DNA from: Lachnospiraceae bacterium
GTDB taxonomy: Bacteria; Bacillota; Clostridia; Lachnospirales; Lachnospiraceae
Direction: 5' to 3'
Assembly: GCA_018384375.1 (NCBI GenBank)
Contig: JAHAYJ010000083.1
Span: 4,304 to 36,303, forward strand
DNA length: 32,000 nucleotides
In this document: in pieces, positions 17,208-26,326 of the stretch
Numbering within the stretch: the stretch's first letter is position 1
Layout: each line of letters begins with the position of its first letter
The notes under the pieces: model-generated
The model's input: the letters and a program-made list of their open reading frames with translations, nothing else
The model's database searches: none
Told to the model about the DNA's origin: nothing
Made by a program: the position numbers and the translations under genes

Positions 17208-17684
17208 CTATAACAGATACTCCATGGGAGTATATATAATTCCATCCTGTTGTTTCTCCGGTCCAAGATCCCTGAACCCTACCCGATGATAAAAGGGGAC
17301 TCCATAAGGTGATGCATTTACTGTCATGCGCTGTTTTCCAAGTTCATCCCTTACATAGGACGCCATTCTTCTGACCAGCATCCTGCCTATTCCGCATCTG
17401 TGATAATCCTTATCTACAAAGAGCAGAGAAATATGCATCTGATTCCGCAGGGTTATCATACCTACCAGTTTCTGACTCTCATAAGCAGTCAGCATCTGGT
17501 AATTCCCCTGGAGAAACAACCGCTTTAGCGATTCATCGGTAATAAAATCTTCAAAATTTCTGATTCCCTCCGGTGGATAATCCTGCGCCTCAAACTCCAG
17601 AAAGGTTTTCCATGCAAGTTCCATGGCATCCTCCCACTCGTCCTGATCAGCGAATCGGATCTCAAATGACATATCCGTGTCCAT
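17208..17684 (-). CDS. GNAT family N-acetyltransferase
   Basis: The acetyl-CoA motif is HRCGIGRMLVRR. The ORF was trimmed to the ATG at 17684, which lies 7 nt after GAGGGGGA. The longer ORF would include the promoter. Confidence 0.8.
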   Translation of the reverse strand: MDTDMSFEIRFADQDEWEDAMELAWKTFLEFEAQDYPPEGIRNFEDFITDESLKRLFLQGNYQMLTAYESQKLVGMITLRNQMHISLLFVDKDYHRCGIGRMLVRRMASYVRDELGKQRMTVNASPYGVPFYHRVGFRDLGPEKQQDGIIYTPMEYLL

Positions 17685-17717
17685 TGCATTATCCCCCTCA
17701 TGCATTATTAATACTTT

Positions 17718-17746
17718 ATTATAGCAGAGTCCGTTTCTTTTTACAA
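17718..17746 (-). promoter_or_regulatory. Sigma-70-type promoter upstream of the GNAT / HD-GYP / YesL / GGDEF gene string
   Basis: The minus strand reads TTGTAA (17746..17741), a 17-nt spacer and TATAAT (17723..17718). Confidence 0.55.
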
Positions 17747-17775
17747 TCAAAGCTCTCCTTTTTACGAGAATTCCT

Positions 17776-18771
17776 TTACTGCAGATCCGCTTCCCGGCCC
17801 ACCTGATTTACAAGGGGAAGACCGTTTTCCAACGCATATGCATTTTCCAGAGTGGTGAGTGCAATCGCCTGCATGGCTTCTCTTGTAAAGAACCCCATAT
17901 GGGAGGTTACCAGGACATTGGGAAAGGTAAGAAGGCGGGCAAGATTGTCATCCTTGACAATATCACCGGAACGGTCCTCATAAAAAACTCCTTCTTCCTC
18001 CTCATATACATCAAGACCCACACCGCCAAATTTATTTTGTAGCATTGCCTCAATCAATGCTTCCGTATCAATCAATGCCCCTCTTGAAGTATTGATCAGG
18101 AAAACCCCATTCTTCATCTTGGCAATTGTCTCTTTATTGATGATATGCTTTGTATCCGATGTAAGGGGACAGTGGAGAGTGATCACATCCGAATACTTGA
18201 AAATTTCTTCTAAAGATACATATTCTGCTTCCAGCCCTTCAACCGGGAAGGGATCATAGCAAAGCACATGCATTTGAAAGCCATTGAGAATCCGTATCAT
18301 GGCCTGCCCGATCTTTCCTGTTCCAATCACGCCAGCTGTTTTTTCATACAGATCCATACCCATCAATCCATTCAGACTCATATTAAAGTCTCTGGTTCTG
18401 TTGTATGCCTTATGTGTCAGGCGATTCACTGTAAGCAAAAGTGCCATGGAAAACTCAGCTACTGCCTCAGGAGAATAGCTTGGCACCCGCATAATGATTA
18501 TTTTATCCTCAGCAGCTTTTACATCCACATTATTATAGCCTGCACTGCGCAATAAAATAGCCTTGACACTCATTTCATAAAGCGCATTAATCATTTCCGC
18601 ATCCACATAATCGTTGACAAAAATGCAGATTGCATCATAGCCCTTTGCCATGAATATCGTCTCCCGATTACATGCCGCCTCAATAAAATGAATATCAAAG
18701 CCATATTCTTTTCCCATCGGTTCAAACCAGATCCTGTCATACGGTTTGGTCCCGTAAAATGCAATTTTCAT
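17776..18771 (-). CDS. ldhA: D-lactate dehydrogenase (D-2-hydroxyacid dehydrogenase family)
   Basis: MKIAFYGTKPYD...AICIFVND...RVPSYSPEAVAE...KTAGVIGTGKIG is collinear with E. coli LdhA. The ORF was trimmed to the ATG at 18771, which lies 7 nt after AGGAGG. Confidence 0.9.
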   Translation of the reverse strand: MKIAFYGTKPYDRIWFEPMGKEYGFDIHFIEAACNRETIFMAKGYDAICIFVNDYVDAEMINALYEMSVKAILLRSAGYNNVDVKAAEDKIIIMRVPSYSPEAVAEFSMALLLTVNRLTHKAYNRTRDFNMSLNGLMGMDLYEKTAGVIGTGKIGQAMIRILNGFQMHVLCYDPFPVEGLEAEYVSLEEIFKYSDVITLHCPLTSDTKHIINKETIAKMKNGVFLINTSRGALIDTEALIEAMLQNKFGGVGLDVYEEEEGVFYEDRSGDIVKDDNLARLLTFPNVLVTSHMGFFTREAMQAIALTTLENAYALENGLPLVNQVGREADLQ

Positions 18772-18864
18772 ATAACAGCCTCCTGTTGCCATTTCTTTTA
18801 AGTTATGCATGCTATACTTATTATTTGCTGGGATATTCTTTTTTTATTCTATGCTAACAGGCAA

Positions 18865-19389
18865 TTATCGAAACAAATTCTGGAAAAAGTTCTTTACTGA
18901 GCTCTTAATTCCTTCAATAAAACTGTTCGCCACATTACCGGCAGCATTTTTTACTGCACCGGTTACAATCTCATCAATATGATCCACAAAATCCGCCCCG
19001 TGTTCCTCATACAGATTTTCTGCTTTTTCGATTATGTATTCCATGGAAAATCCCATTTTTTCCAGTTTTTCCATAGTCGCAACAAGCTTTCTTGCAGAAT
19101 CTTTATCAATCGCGACCTGAAACTTTTCCTCCCCCTCCTCAATCACACTTTGCAGATTTTCCTCTGAATCAAGCATCCCTTGCTCTTCTTTTTCTTTTAC
19201 GAAGGAAATAATTTCGCCTATCGTCTCCTCATCAAAATTCTTAAGGGCTGCCTTAAGGAGCTGTTTCATCTGGTCAATGATCCCCGAAGTATTTTCCGTT
19301 TCCATCTTCTGATTCGCTGCCAAAGCCGGCATAGGAAACAGCATCAATGCTGCGAAAACGGCAACCGCCGATATCATCCATTTCTTCAT
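18865..19389 (-). CDS. Hypothetical secreted acidic helical protein
   Basis: The ORF was trimmed to the ATG at 19389 to remove overlap with the upstream gene. This gives the signal peptide MKKWMISAVAVFAALMLFPMPALA-AN. The remainder is rich in E and K and looks helical. Confidence 0.6.
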   Translation of the reverse strand: MKKWMISAVAVFAALMLFPMPALAANQKMETENTSGIIDQMKQLLKAALKNFDEETIGEIISFVKEKEEQGMLDSEENLQSVIEEGEEKFQVAIDKDSARKLVATMEKLEKMGFSMEYIIEKAENLYEEHGADFVDHIDEIVTGAVKNAAGNVANSFIEGIKSSVKNFFQNLFR

Positions 19390-19414
19390 AAACAAGATCC
19401 TCTTTTCCACATTT

Positions 19415-20359
19415 CTAGAGTCTGTATTCCCGGGCTCTTTCCATAATCCAAGGATAAATGTCCTCATAAACCTGCTGTTTATTCTTTTCATTCAGAATTT
19501 CATGCCTTCCGCCGGGATAGAGCTTAAGGGAAATTCTCTCCATACCGATGCTCATAAAGTCCTCATAGGCCTTTCTGACACCTTTTCCGTAATCTCCTAC
19601 CGGATCCATGTCACCTGCAATAAAAAGCACCGGAAGTTCTTTCGGCATCCTGCATAAATTCTCTGTCTTGTTTAAGCGGTTCAAAAGTTCAAACAGCGTT
19701 TTAAAGCCATTCACGGTAAAGATAAAACCACACAGCTCATCCTTTACATAGTTATCTACTATCTGTTCTTCTGTGCACAGCCAGTCACTTCCCGTTTTTG
19801 CATCCGGTATCCTGCTGTTGTAGTTTCCAAAAGCAAGCTTGTCAAGCAGCTTTGCCACATGCTTATCGCCAAGGAAGGCTCCCTGCAGCGCCGCAAATAT
19901 TTTACAGAATTTTACGAGTGCCTGTGGCTTTGAACCCGTTCCGCAAATGATTGCGCCTTCAATTCCGGTTCCATATCTGAAAAGATAATTTCTGAGGATA
20001 AAGGAACCCATGCTGTGTCCAAGGATCACATAGGGAATGCCGGGATAGTCCTCCTGTGTCATTTTTTTCAGACGATGCACATCCCTGACCACAACTGTTG
20101 CCGGATCCTGCTCACAGAAATATCCATAAGTCCCCTCCGGTTCCACACTCTTCCCATGTCCCAAATGATCATCACCGGTAACCAGTATCCCCTTCTCTCC
20201 AAGGAACTGTGCCAGCGGCTCATATCTTTCAATGTATTCCGCCATGCCATGAATAATCTGAAGAATGCAGATCACTTTCCCTTCCGGCACCCATCTGACT
20301 GCATGGAGCTTTGTCTTCCCGTCTCTGGAATCAAATGTAAATTCTTCTTTTTTAACCAT
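19415..20359 (-). CDS. Alpha/beta hydrolase (lysophospholipase / monoacylglycerol lipase-like)
   Basis: The nucleophile elbow is GHSMGS and an HG motif lies near the N-terminus (IIHGMAE). The RBS is GGGAGG. Confidence 0.8.
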   Translation of the reverse strand: MVKKEEFTFDSRDGKTKLHAVRWVPEGKVICILQIIHGMAEYIERYEPLAQFLGEKGILVTGDDHLGHGKSVEPEGTYGYFCEQDPATVVVRDVHRLKKMTQEDYPGIPYVILGHSMGSFILRNYLFRYGTGIEGAIICGTGSKPQALVKFCKIFAALQGAFLGDKHVAKLLDKLAFGNYNSRIPDAKTGSDWLCTEEQIVDNYVKDELCGFIFTVNGFKTLFELLNRLNKTENLCRMPKELPVLFIAGDMDPVGDYGKGVRKAYEDFMSIGMERISLKLYPGGRHEILNEKNKQQVYEDIYPWIMERAREYRL

Positions 20360-20383
20360 TGTAACCTCCCGCCACTACACCTA

Positions 20384-22357
20384 TTAACAGATCTGCGCCC
20401 CCGCAGGCATATCCTTTTCCGGTGTAACAAGTGCCAGATTTCCCTCTGCATCCTCTGCACAGAGCAGCATTCCCTCAGAAAGCACTCCTGCCAGTTTGGC
20501 AGGTTTTAAATTCACCAGTACCATTACTTTTTTGCCAACCATCTCTTCTGCACTGTAATACTGCTTAATGCCGGAAACAATCTGTTTGACCTGGCTGCCA
20601 ATACGAACCTGGGAGCATAGCAGTTTTTTGGATTTCGGCACCTCCTCGCAGGCAATGATCTCGCCTACCTGAAACTGCATTTTATCAAACAGCTCATAAG
20701 TAATTTCTTCCTTCGGTTCTATATCAATCACATCCTGCGCTTCTTCAGCCGCTCCACCGGCAGTATCCGCCGCTGCTTTTCTTTCGGCAAACATTGCCTC
20801 TGCTTTTTCCACGACCTCTTTTGCATCCAGCCTTGCGAACAGGATTTCGGGCTTCTGCGTTACCTTATTTCCAGAAGGATATTTTCCAAAGCACCCAAGC
20901 TCATCAAAGCTGCGAAGCTGTGTACTTAACTGCCCGGCAATTTTCTTTGCCGTAGAAGGCATATAAGGTTCCAGAAGTGATGCGCCGATCACAATGCTCT
21001 CAACCAGATTGTAAAGCACGGTAGCTAGGCGATCCTTCTTTGCTTCCTCCTTTGCAAGTACCCACGGTTCTGTCTCATCAATGTATTTATTGCAGCGCTT
21101 GAACAATGTAAAGATCTCCGTCAAGGCATCTGCAACACGCAGTTCATCCATCTTGGCTGCAACCTTTGCATAAGCTCCTGTTGCCACGGCTTTTAACTCA
21201 TCATCAACCGCTTCTGCACATCCTTTATCTGCCACAATGCCGTCAAAGTACTTATTACTCATAGAGATCGTTCTGTTCACCAGATTTCCCAGTGTATTTG
21301 CAAGATCGGAGTTTATTCTCTCTACCAGCAATTCCCAGGAAATCGTTCCGTCATTCTCAAAAGGCATCTCATGAAGCACAAAGTAGCGGACTGCATCCAC
21401 ACCAAAGAAATTTACCAGATCATCTGCGTAAATAACATTCCCTTTGGACTTACTCATCTTTCCATCCCCCTGCAAAAGCCATGGATGGCCAAATACCTGC
21501 CTCGGTAGAGGCTCACCCAGAGCCATCAGAAAAATGGGCCAGTAAATTGTGTGGAATCGGATAATATCCTTTCCGATCAGGTGAAGATCCGCAGGCCATA
21601 GTTTATGGTACTGTTGCGAACTGTTTCCATCGCAATCGTATCCGATACCGGTGATATAATTTGTCAATGCATCCAGCCATACATAAACCACATGCTTTTG
21701 ATCAAAATCCACCGGAATTCCCCATTTAAAGGAAGATCTGGATACACAAAGATCCTGCAATCCCGGCAGGAGGAAATTATTCATCATTTCATTCTTACGC
21801 GATACCGGCTGAATAAATTCCGGATGTGTATTAATATGCTCAATTAATTTATCGGCATATTTACTCATTTTAAAGAAATATGCCTCCTCCTGTGCCGGCT
21901 TTACTTCTCTTCCGCAGTCAGGGCACTTTCCGTCCACCAGCTGGGATTCTGTCCAGAAGGACTCGCAAGGGGTACAATACATTCCTTCATAGGAGCCTTT
22001 GTAAATATCTCCCTGGTCATAAAGCTTTTTAAAGATTTTCTGTACCTGTTTTTCATGGTAATCGTCTGTTGTACGGATAAAATGATCGTAAGAGGTATCC
22101 ATCAGATTCCACAAATCTTTAATGGTACCTGCTACTTTATCGACAAATTCCTTAGGAGTAACCCCTGCCTCCTGAGCCTTCAGCTCTATTTTCTGCCCGT
22201 GTTCATCTGTCCCTGTCTGAAAGAAAACGTCGTAGCCGTCTTTCCTCTTAAATCTGGCAATACTGTCTGCCAGCACGATTTCATAGCTGTTGCCGATATG
22301 GGGCTTACCCGAAGTATAGGCAATCGCCGTCGTAATATAATACTTACCCTTGCTCAT
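20384..22357 (-). CDS. metG: Methionine--tRNA ligase with C-terminal tRNA-binding (EMAP/Trbp111-like) domain
   Basis: The HIGN motif (PHIGNSYE), KMSKS, a Zn knuckle CPDCG and a C-terminal OB-fold region are present. Confidence 0.95.
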   Translation of the reverse strand: MSKGKYYITTAIAYTSGKPHIGNSYEIVLADSIARFKRKDGYDVFFQTGTDEHGQKIELKAQEAGVTPKEFVDKVAGTIKDLWNLMDTSYDHFIRTTDDYHEKQVQKIFKKLYDQGDIYKGSYEGMYCTPCESFWTESQLVDGKCPDCGREVKPAQEEAYFFKMSKYADKLIEHINTHPEFIQPVSRKNEMMNNFLLPGLQDLCVSRSSFKWGIPVDFDQKHVVYVWLDALTNYITGIGYDCDGNSSQQYHKLWPADLHLIGKDIIRFHTIYWPIFLMALGEPLPRQVFGHPWLLQGDGKMSKSKGNVIYADDLVNFFGVDAVRYFVLHEMPFENDGTISWELLVERINSDLANTLGNLVNRTISMSNKYFDGIVADKGCAEAVDDELKAVATGAYAKVAAKMDELRVADALTEIFTLFKRCNKYIDETEPWVLAKEEAKKDRLATVLYNLVESIVIGASLLEPYMPSTAKKIAGQLSTQLRSFDELGCFGKYPSGNKVTQKPEILFARLDAKEVVEKAEAMFAERKAAADTAGGAAEEAQDVIDIEPKEEITYELFDKMQFQVGEIIACEEVPKSKKLLCSQVRIGSQVKQIVSGIKQYYSAEEMVGKKVMVLVNLKPAKLAGVLSEGMLLCAEDAEGNLALVTPEKDMPAGAQIC

Positions 22358-22401
22358 TTTACTTCCTCCTTGGAAAAGCTGAAATCATTTATATTGACAA
22401 A

Positions 22402-24258
22402 TTATGCTTTTTTCCTTTTACAAAAGATTATAATTGATAAGACCAAAACTGTAAAGAAAGATAACCCACCAATATTTCCGATATTGATTCTTTCAGACAA
22501 ATCCAGCCAGTCTGCCAGAGGTTTTCCTTCCACCTTTACGATTGCAGATATTGCAAGCAGAATTCCCACCAGTCCCTCTCCCGCAATCAGCCCGGAGGTA
22601 TATAGCGTCCCGTTTTCAATTTCTGTCTTTCTATCCTTTTCACTGATATTTTTTTGCTTTTCTACATAAAGTCTGATCAGTCCCCCTGCCATAATAGGCG
22701 TGCTTAGGTGAATCGGCAGATACAGTCCGACTGCAAACGGCAGCACCGGTATCCTTAAGATTTCAATTACAATGGCAATTCCTATCCCACCAAGCACAAG
22801 TGTCCATGGCAGGTTCCCTCCCATAACCCCTTCAACCACCATCTTCATCAATGTTGCCTGCGGCGCCGGAAGCTCAGAGGATCCATACCCCCACGCTCGG
22901 TTGAGAAGGTAAAGCACACCGCCGATGGCAATTGCAGATACCAGCGCACCGAAAAGCTCTCCAATCTGCTGTTTCATAGGGGTTGCTCCGACCAGGAATC
23001 CTGTCTTTAAATCCTGCGACACATCACCTGCCATTGCTGCAATGACACAGATAATGGAGCCAATAGTAATTGCAGCGACCATACCGCTTTTATCTCCGTT
23101 TCCTGTTTTTCGCAGAATTATTGTTGCAATCAATAGTGTTGCTATTGCCATACCGGACACCGGATTATTGCTGCTTCCCACAAGCCCTACCATTCTGGAG
23201 GAAACAGTTGCAAAGAAAAAACCGAAAACTACAATAATGAGTGCACCCAGCAGGTTCACGGGAATCATCGGCAGCAGCCACATAAAGACAGCGATAGCTC
23301 CTGTCCCGAGAAGCACAAAGGCAATGGGCAGATCCATCTCTTCTCTGGAAGTTCCGCTGGCTTTAAAGCTGAAACCTTTCACTGCATTATGGAAGGTTCT
23401 GACAATTAACGGTAAGGATTTTATCAGACTGATCACCCCACCTGCAAGCACTGCTCCCGCTCCGATGTATCTGATATAGTTGCCCCAGATCTCCCATGTG
23501 CCCATCTGACTAATTCTTATCTCTCCCGGATAAATCATATTATCCCCGCCAAACAATGCAATCAGTGGCATAAGCACCAGCCATCCCACCACGCCGCCCG
23601 AAAGCATGTAGGAAGCAATCCTGGGCCCACAGATAAAGCCCACTCCTGCAAGTGCAGGAAGAACATCTATTCCAAAACCGGCTCCTTGATAGCGTTTCCA
23701 TTGAAAATCTACCTCACTGGGAAACAGCTTCAGTCCATCTGTCAGAAACTTGTACCCTGCTGCAATACCGAGCCCGGAAAATACAATTCCGGCAGATGCT
23801 CCGCCCTTCTCTCCTGCCTGAAGCACTTCCGCACAGGCCGTTCCTTCCGGATAGGGCAGCGTTTCGTGTTCCTTGACGATCAATGCTCTTCGGAGGGGTA
23901 CCATAAACAATACCCCCAGAACACCGCCACAAAGTGCAATTAACGTCATTTCCCATAATGACGGCATTTGTGTTCCGCCTTCCGCCGCCCACATAAAAAG
24001 GACCGGCATGGTAAAAATAGAACCGGCAGCGAGAGACTCACCAGCCGATCCAATGGTTTGAACCATATTGTTTTCCAGTATAGAATCCTTGCGCAGGATT
24101 TTGCGAATAATACCCATGGATATTACTGCAGCCGGAATCGAAGCTGACACCGTCATACCTACTCTCAATCCAAGATAGGCGTTTGCACCGCCAAATAAAA
24201 CAGCCAGAATCACACCGACAATCATTGATGTTCCTGTAAACTCCTTTTTTTGATCCAT
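22402..24258 (-). CDS. OPT family oligopeptide transporter
   Basis: A polytopic membrane protein of about 618 aa with a Gly-rich TM pattern typical of bacterial OPT proteins. The ORF was trimmed to the ATG at 24258 (MDQKKEFTG). Confidence 0.8.
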   Translation of the reverse strand: MDQKKEFTGTSMIVGVILAVLFGGANAYLGLRVGMTVSASIPAAVISMGIIRKILRKDSILENNMVQTIGSAGESLAAGSIFTMPVLFMWAAEGGTQMPSLWEMTLIALCGGVLGVLFMVPLRRALIVKEHETLPYPEGTACAEVLQAGEKGGASAGIVFSGLGIAAGYKFLTDGLKLFPSEVDFQWKRYQGAGFGIDVLPALAGVGFICGPRIASYMLSGGVVGWLVLMPLIALFGGDNMIYPGEIRISQMGTWEIWGNYIRYIGAGAVLAGGVISLIKSLPLIVRTFHNAVKGFSFKASGTSREEMDLPIAFVLLGTGAIAVFMWLLPMIPVNLLGALIIVVFGFFFATVSSRMVGLVGSSNNPVSGMAIATLLIATIILRKTGNGDKSGMVAAITIGSIICVIAAMAGDVSQDLKTGFLVGATPMKQQIGELFGALVSAIAIGGVLYLLNRAWGYGSSELPAPQATLMKMVVEGVMGGNLPWTLVLGGIGIAIVIEILRIPVLPFAVGLYLPIHLSTPIMAGGLIRLYVEKQKNISEKDRKTEIENGTLYTSGLIAGEGLVGILLAISAIVKVEGKPLADWLDLSERINIGNIGGLSFFTVLVLSIIIFCKRKKA

Positions 24259-24362
24259 AATCCTTTGCCTTTCCAATCTTTTATGTTTTTACTATTTAAT
24301 ATTGGCATTTTTAGGATGTTCTATACAGGTAAGGAGTTCTCTCTGCTGACCGATAACGCGCA

Positions 24363-24393
24363 AACCCCCGGGCGGTGGAAGCACCCGGGGGTT
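24363..24393 (-). terminator. GC-rich hairpin downstream of amt-PII (possible terminator; U-tract weak)
   Basis: AACCCCCGGG, an 11-nt loop and CCCGGGGGTT form a perfect 10-bp stem, 41 nt after the amt-PII stop codon. Confidence 0.45.
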
Positions 24394-24433
24394 CACTTAA
24401 TATATATACACTAAGGGATTAGATAAAGGCTAT

Positions 24434-26179
24434 TTATTCTACATCCTGTAATGCTGCAAAATCCTCTTCTCCTGTACGGACCTTCACAACCTTGTCTACG
24501 TTGTATACAAAGATCTTACCATCTCCGATATGTCCCGTATAAAGAGCCTTCTTCGCAGCCTCGATAACGGATTCAACAGGGATCTTGCTGACAACAACCT
24601 CGACCTTAACCTTGGGAAGCAGAGTCGCATCAACCTCAACACCACGATACATTTCGCCGGCACCCTTCTGAATACCACAACCCATAACCTGCGTCACTGT
24701 CATACCGGTTACACCCAGATCGTTCATGGCCTTCTTCAAATGATCGTATCTGGACAGCTTTGCAACCACAACCACCTTGTAGATTCCGGTTGCTGCAGAA
24801 GGCGCTGCAACCACCTTGACAGCTGCATCCCTCTGTACTTCAGAAGCTTCTGTATAATCATCTGTTCCAAGGTCAGTGTTTTCATTAACATCCATGGTCA
24901 TTGTGTTGGAAATATCCATAATGCTGAAGCCAGCATATGCAGAGGTCAAGCCATGCTCACAGGAATCAAGTCCTACAATTTCTTCTTCCTCGGAAACACG
25001 AAGACCTGCTGTTGCCTTAATAATCAGGAAAGTAATGGTAATGGTAACTGCTGTCCATGCAGCTACAGTTACAAAGCCAAGGAACTGAATTCCCAGTAAC
25101 TGGAATCCACCGCCGTAGAAAAGACCTATAACTGAGTCATTTCCGGGAGCTGAAGGTGTTGCAAAGAGTCCAACTGCAATTGTACCCCAGATACCATTTA
25201 AGCAGTGAACCGCTACCGCACCTACAGGATCATCAATATGAAGCTTATAATCAAGAAGCCATACACCAAATACTACCAACACACCGGCAACCGCACCGAT
25301 AATGATTGCACCGGTTACATCTGTCACATCACAGGGTGCTGTGATAGCAACAAGCCCTGCCAGGGAAGCGTTCAGGCACATGGAAACATCAGGCTTACCA
25401 TATTTTACCCATGTAAATACCATACATACTACTGTAGCAATTGCAGGTGCAACAGTCGTTGTCAGAAATACCGATCCTAACTGTTCCACACTTGTACAGG
25501 CAGCACCGTTAAATCCATACCAGCCAAGCCACAGAATAAACACACCAAGACATCCGATAGGAAGATTATGTCCGGGAAAAGCATTTACCTTGGTAACTTT
25601 TCCATTTTTGTCAGTTACAAACTTACCGATACGAGGTCCTAAAAGTTTTGCACCAATCAATGCAGAAATACCACCAACCATGTGGATCGCACAAGAACCG
25701 GCAAAATCATGGAAGCCTAACTGTGCCAGCCAGCCGCCACCCCAGATCCAGTGAGCTTCAATAGGATAGATCAAAGCGGAAATAATTGCGGAATAAACAC
25801 AGTAGGATAAAAACTTTGTTCTCTCTGCCATTGCACCGGAAACAATTGTTGCGGTAGTTGCACAGAACACCAGATTAAATACAAAGCTCGACCAGTCAAA
25901 GCTCTCGTAGCTTGTAAAAATGTCAAATCCGGGTTTTCCGATAAAACCTACTAAGTCTTCTCCAAGTAATAAGCTGAAGCCAATCAGAATGAAAACAACT
26001 GTACCGATACAGAAGTCCATCAGATTTTTCATCAGGATGTTACCTGCATTCTTTGCTCTGGTAAAACCGGTCTCTACCATAGCAAATCCGGCCTGCATCC
26101 AGAACACCAGCGCTGCACCGATTAGGAACCAGACAGCAAATACTTGACCACTTACAGCACTCATAATTTCTTCTGTCAT
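24434..26179 (-). CDS. Ammonium transporter (Amt) fused to a C-terminal P-II (GlnB/GlnK-like) domain
   Basis: The Amt core has WMQAGFAMVE and the twin-His region ...HMVGG... / ...AVHCLNGIWG.... After a ~60-aa linker comes a P-II fold, YKVVVVAKL...GVTGMTVTQVMGCGIQKGAGEMYRG...GDGKIFVY. The ORF was trimmed to the ATG at 26179, which lies 9 nt after AGGAGG. Confidence 0.9.
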   Translation of the reverse strand: MTEEIMSAVSGQVFAVWFLIGAALVFWMQAGFAMVETGFTRAKNAGNILMKNLMDFCIGTVVFILIGFSLLLGEDLVGFIGKPGFDIFTSYESFDWSSFVFNLVFCATTATIVSGAMAERTKFLSYCVYSAIISALIYPIEAHWIWGGGWLAQLGFHDFAGSCAIHMVGGISALIGAKLLGPRIGKFVTDKNGKVTKVNAFPGHNLPIGCLGVFILWLGWYGFNGAACTSVEQLGSVFLTTTVAPAIATVVCMVFTWVKYGKPDVSMCLNASLAGLVAITAPCDVTDVTGAIIIGAVAGVLVVFGVWLLDYKLHIDDPVGAVAVHCLNGIWGTIAVGLFATPSAPGNDSVIGLFYGGGFQLLGIQFLGFVTVAAWTAVTITITFLIIKATAGLRVSEEEEIVGLDSCEHGLTSAYAGFSIMDISNTMTMDVNENTDLGTDDYTEASEVQRDAAVKVVAAPSAATGIYKVVVVAKLSRYDHLKKAMNDLGVTGMTVTQVMGCGIQKGAGEMYRGVEVDATLLPKVKVEVVVSKIPVESVIEAAKKALYTGHIGDGKIFVYNVDKVVKVRTGEEDFAALQDVE

Positions 26180-26204
26180 AATACTTTTCCTCCTCATCAT
26201 GAAA

Positions 26205-26260
26205 TTAAAAAAAGCGAATGCAAACGGCTCTTGTCCCTTATCAAGCCCCTTTGCTTCGCT
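26205..26260 (-). terminator. Terminator-like hairpin plus U7 inside the amt-PII leader, ending about 10 nt before the RBS (candidate attenuator)
   Basis: The minus-strand RNA reads AGCGAAGCAAAGGGGCUUGAUAAGGGACAAGAGCCGUUUGCAUUCGCU followed by UUUUUUU. It forms an extended imperfect stem with one bulged A in the basal helix. Confidence 0.6.
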
Positions 26261-26271
26261 TCTTCTAACTT

Positions 26272-26312
26272 ATTAAAATAAAAAGGCACTACGGTTTTCC
26301 CATAGCGCCTTT
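26272..26312 (-). terminator. Terminator-like hairpin plus U-rich tail (terminator of the upstream GNAT gene and/or first leader hairpin)
   Basis: The minus-strand RNA reads AAAGGCGCUAUGG-GAAAA-CCGUAGUGCCUUU followed by UUAUUUUAAUA. The two non-Watson-Crick positions are G.U on the minus strand but A.C on the plus strand, so the structure is read from the minus strand. Confidence 0.65.
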
Positions 26313-26326
26313 GCTTTATGTATTGC

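Noticed and set aside
24259-24433. A possible riboswitch or T-box upstream of the OPT-metG genes (GC-rich hairpin followed by about 100 nt of leader).
   Set aside because: There is no T-box specifier or T-box sequence and no SAM-I core motifs. The hairpin is more simply the amt-PII terminator. metG is separated from OPT by only 44 nt.
26205-26320. Known nitrogen RNA and DNA elements in the amt leader: the glutamine (glnA) riboswitch, an ANTAR dual-hexaloop target and a TnrA/GlnR box (TGTNA-N7-TNACA).
   Set aside because: The conserved glnA-RNA strings are absent. The hairpin loops are 5 and 8 nt rather than AxxGxx hexaloops, and no 17-bp TnrA-type dyad fits. For these reasons the leader is reported as uncharacterised.
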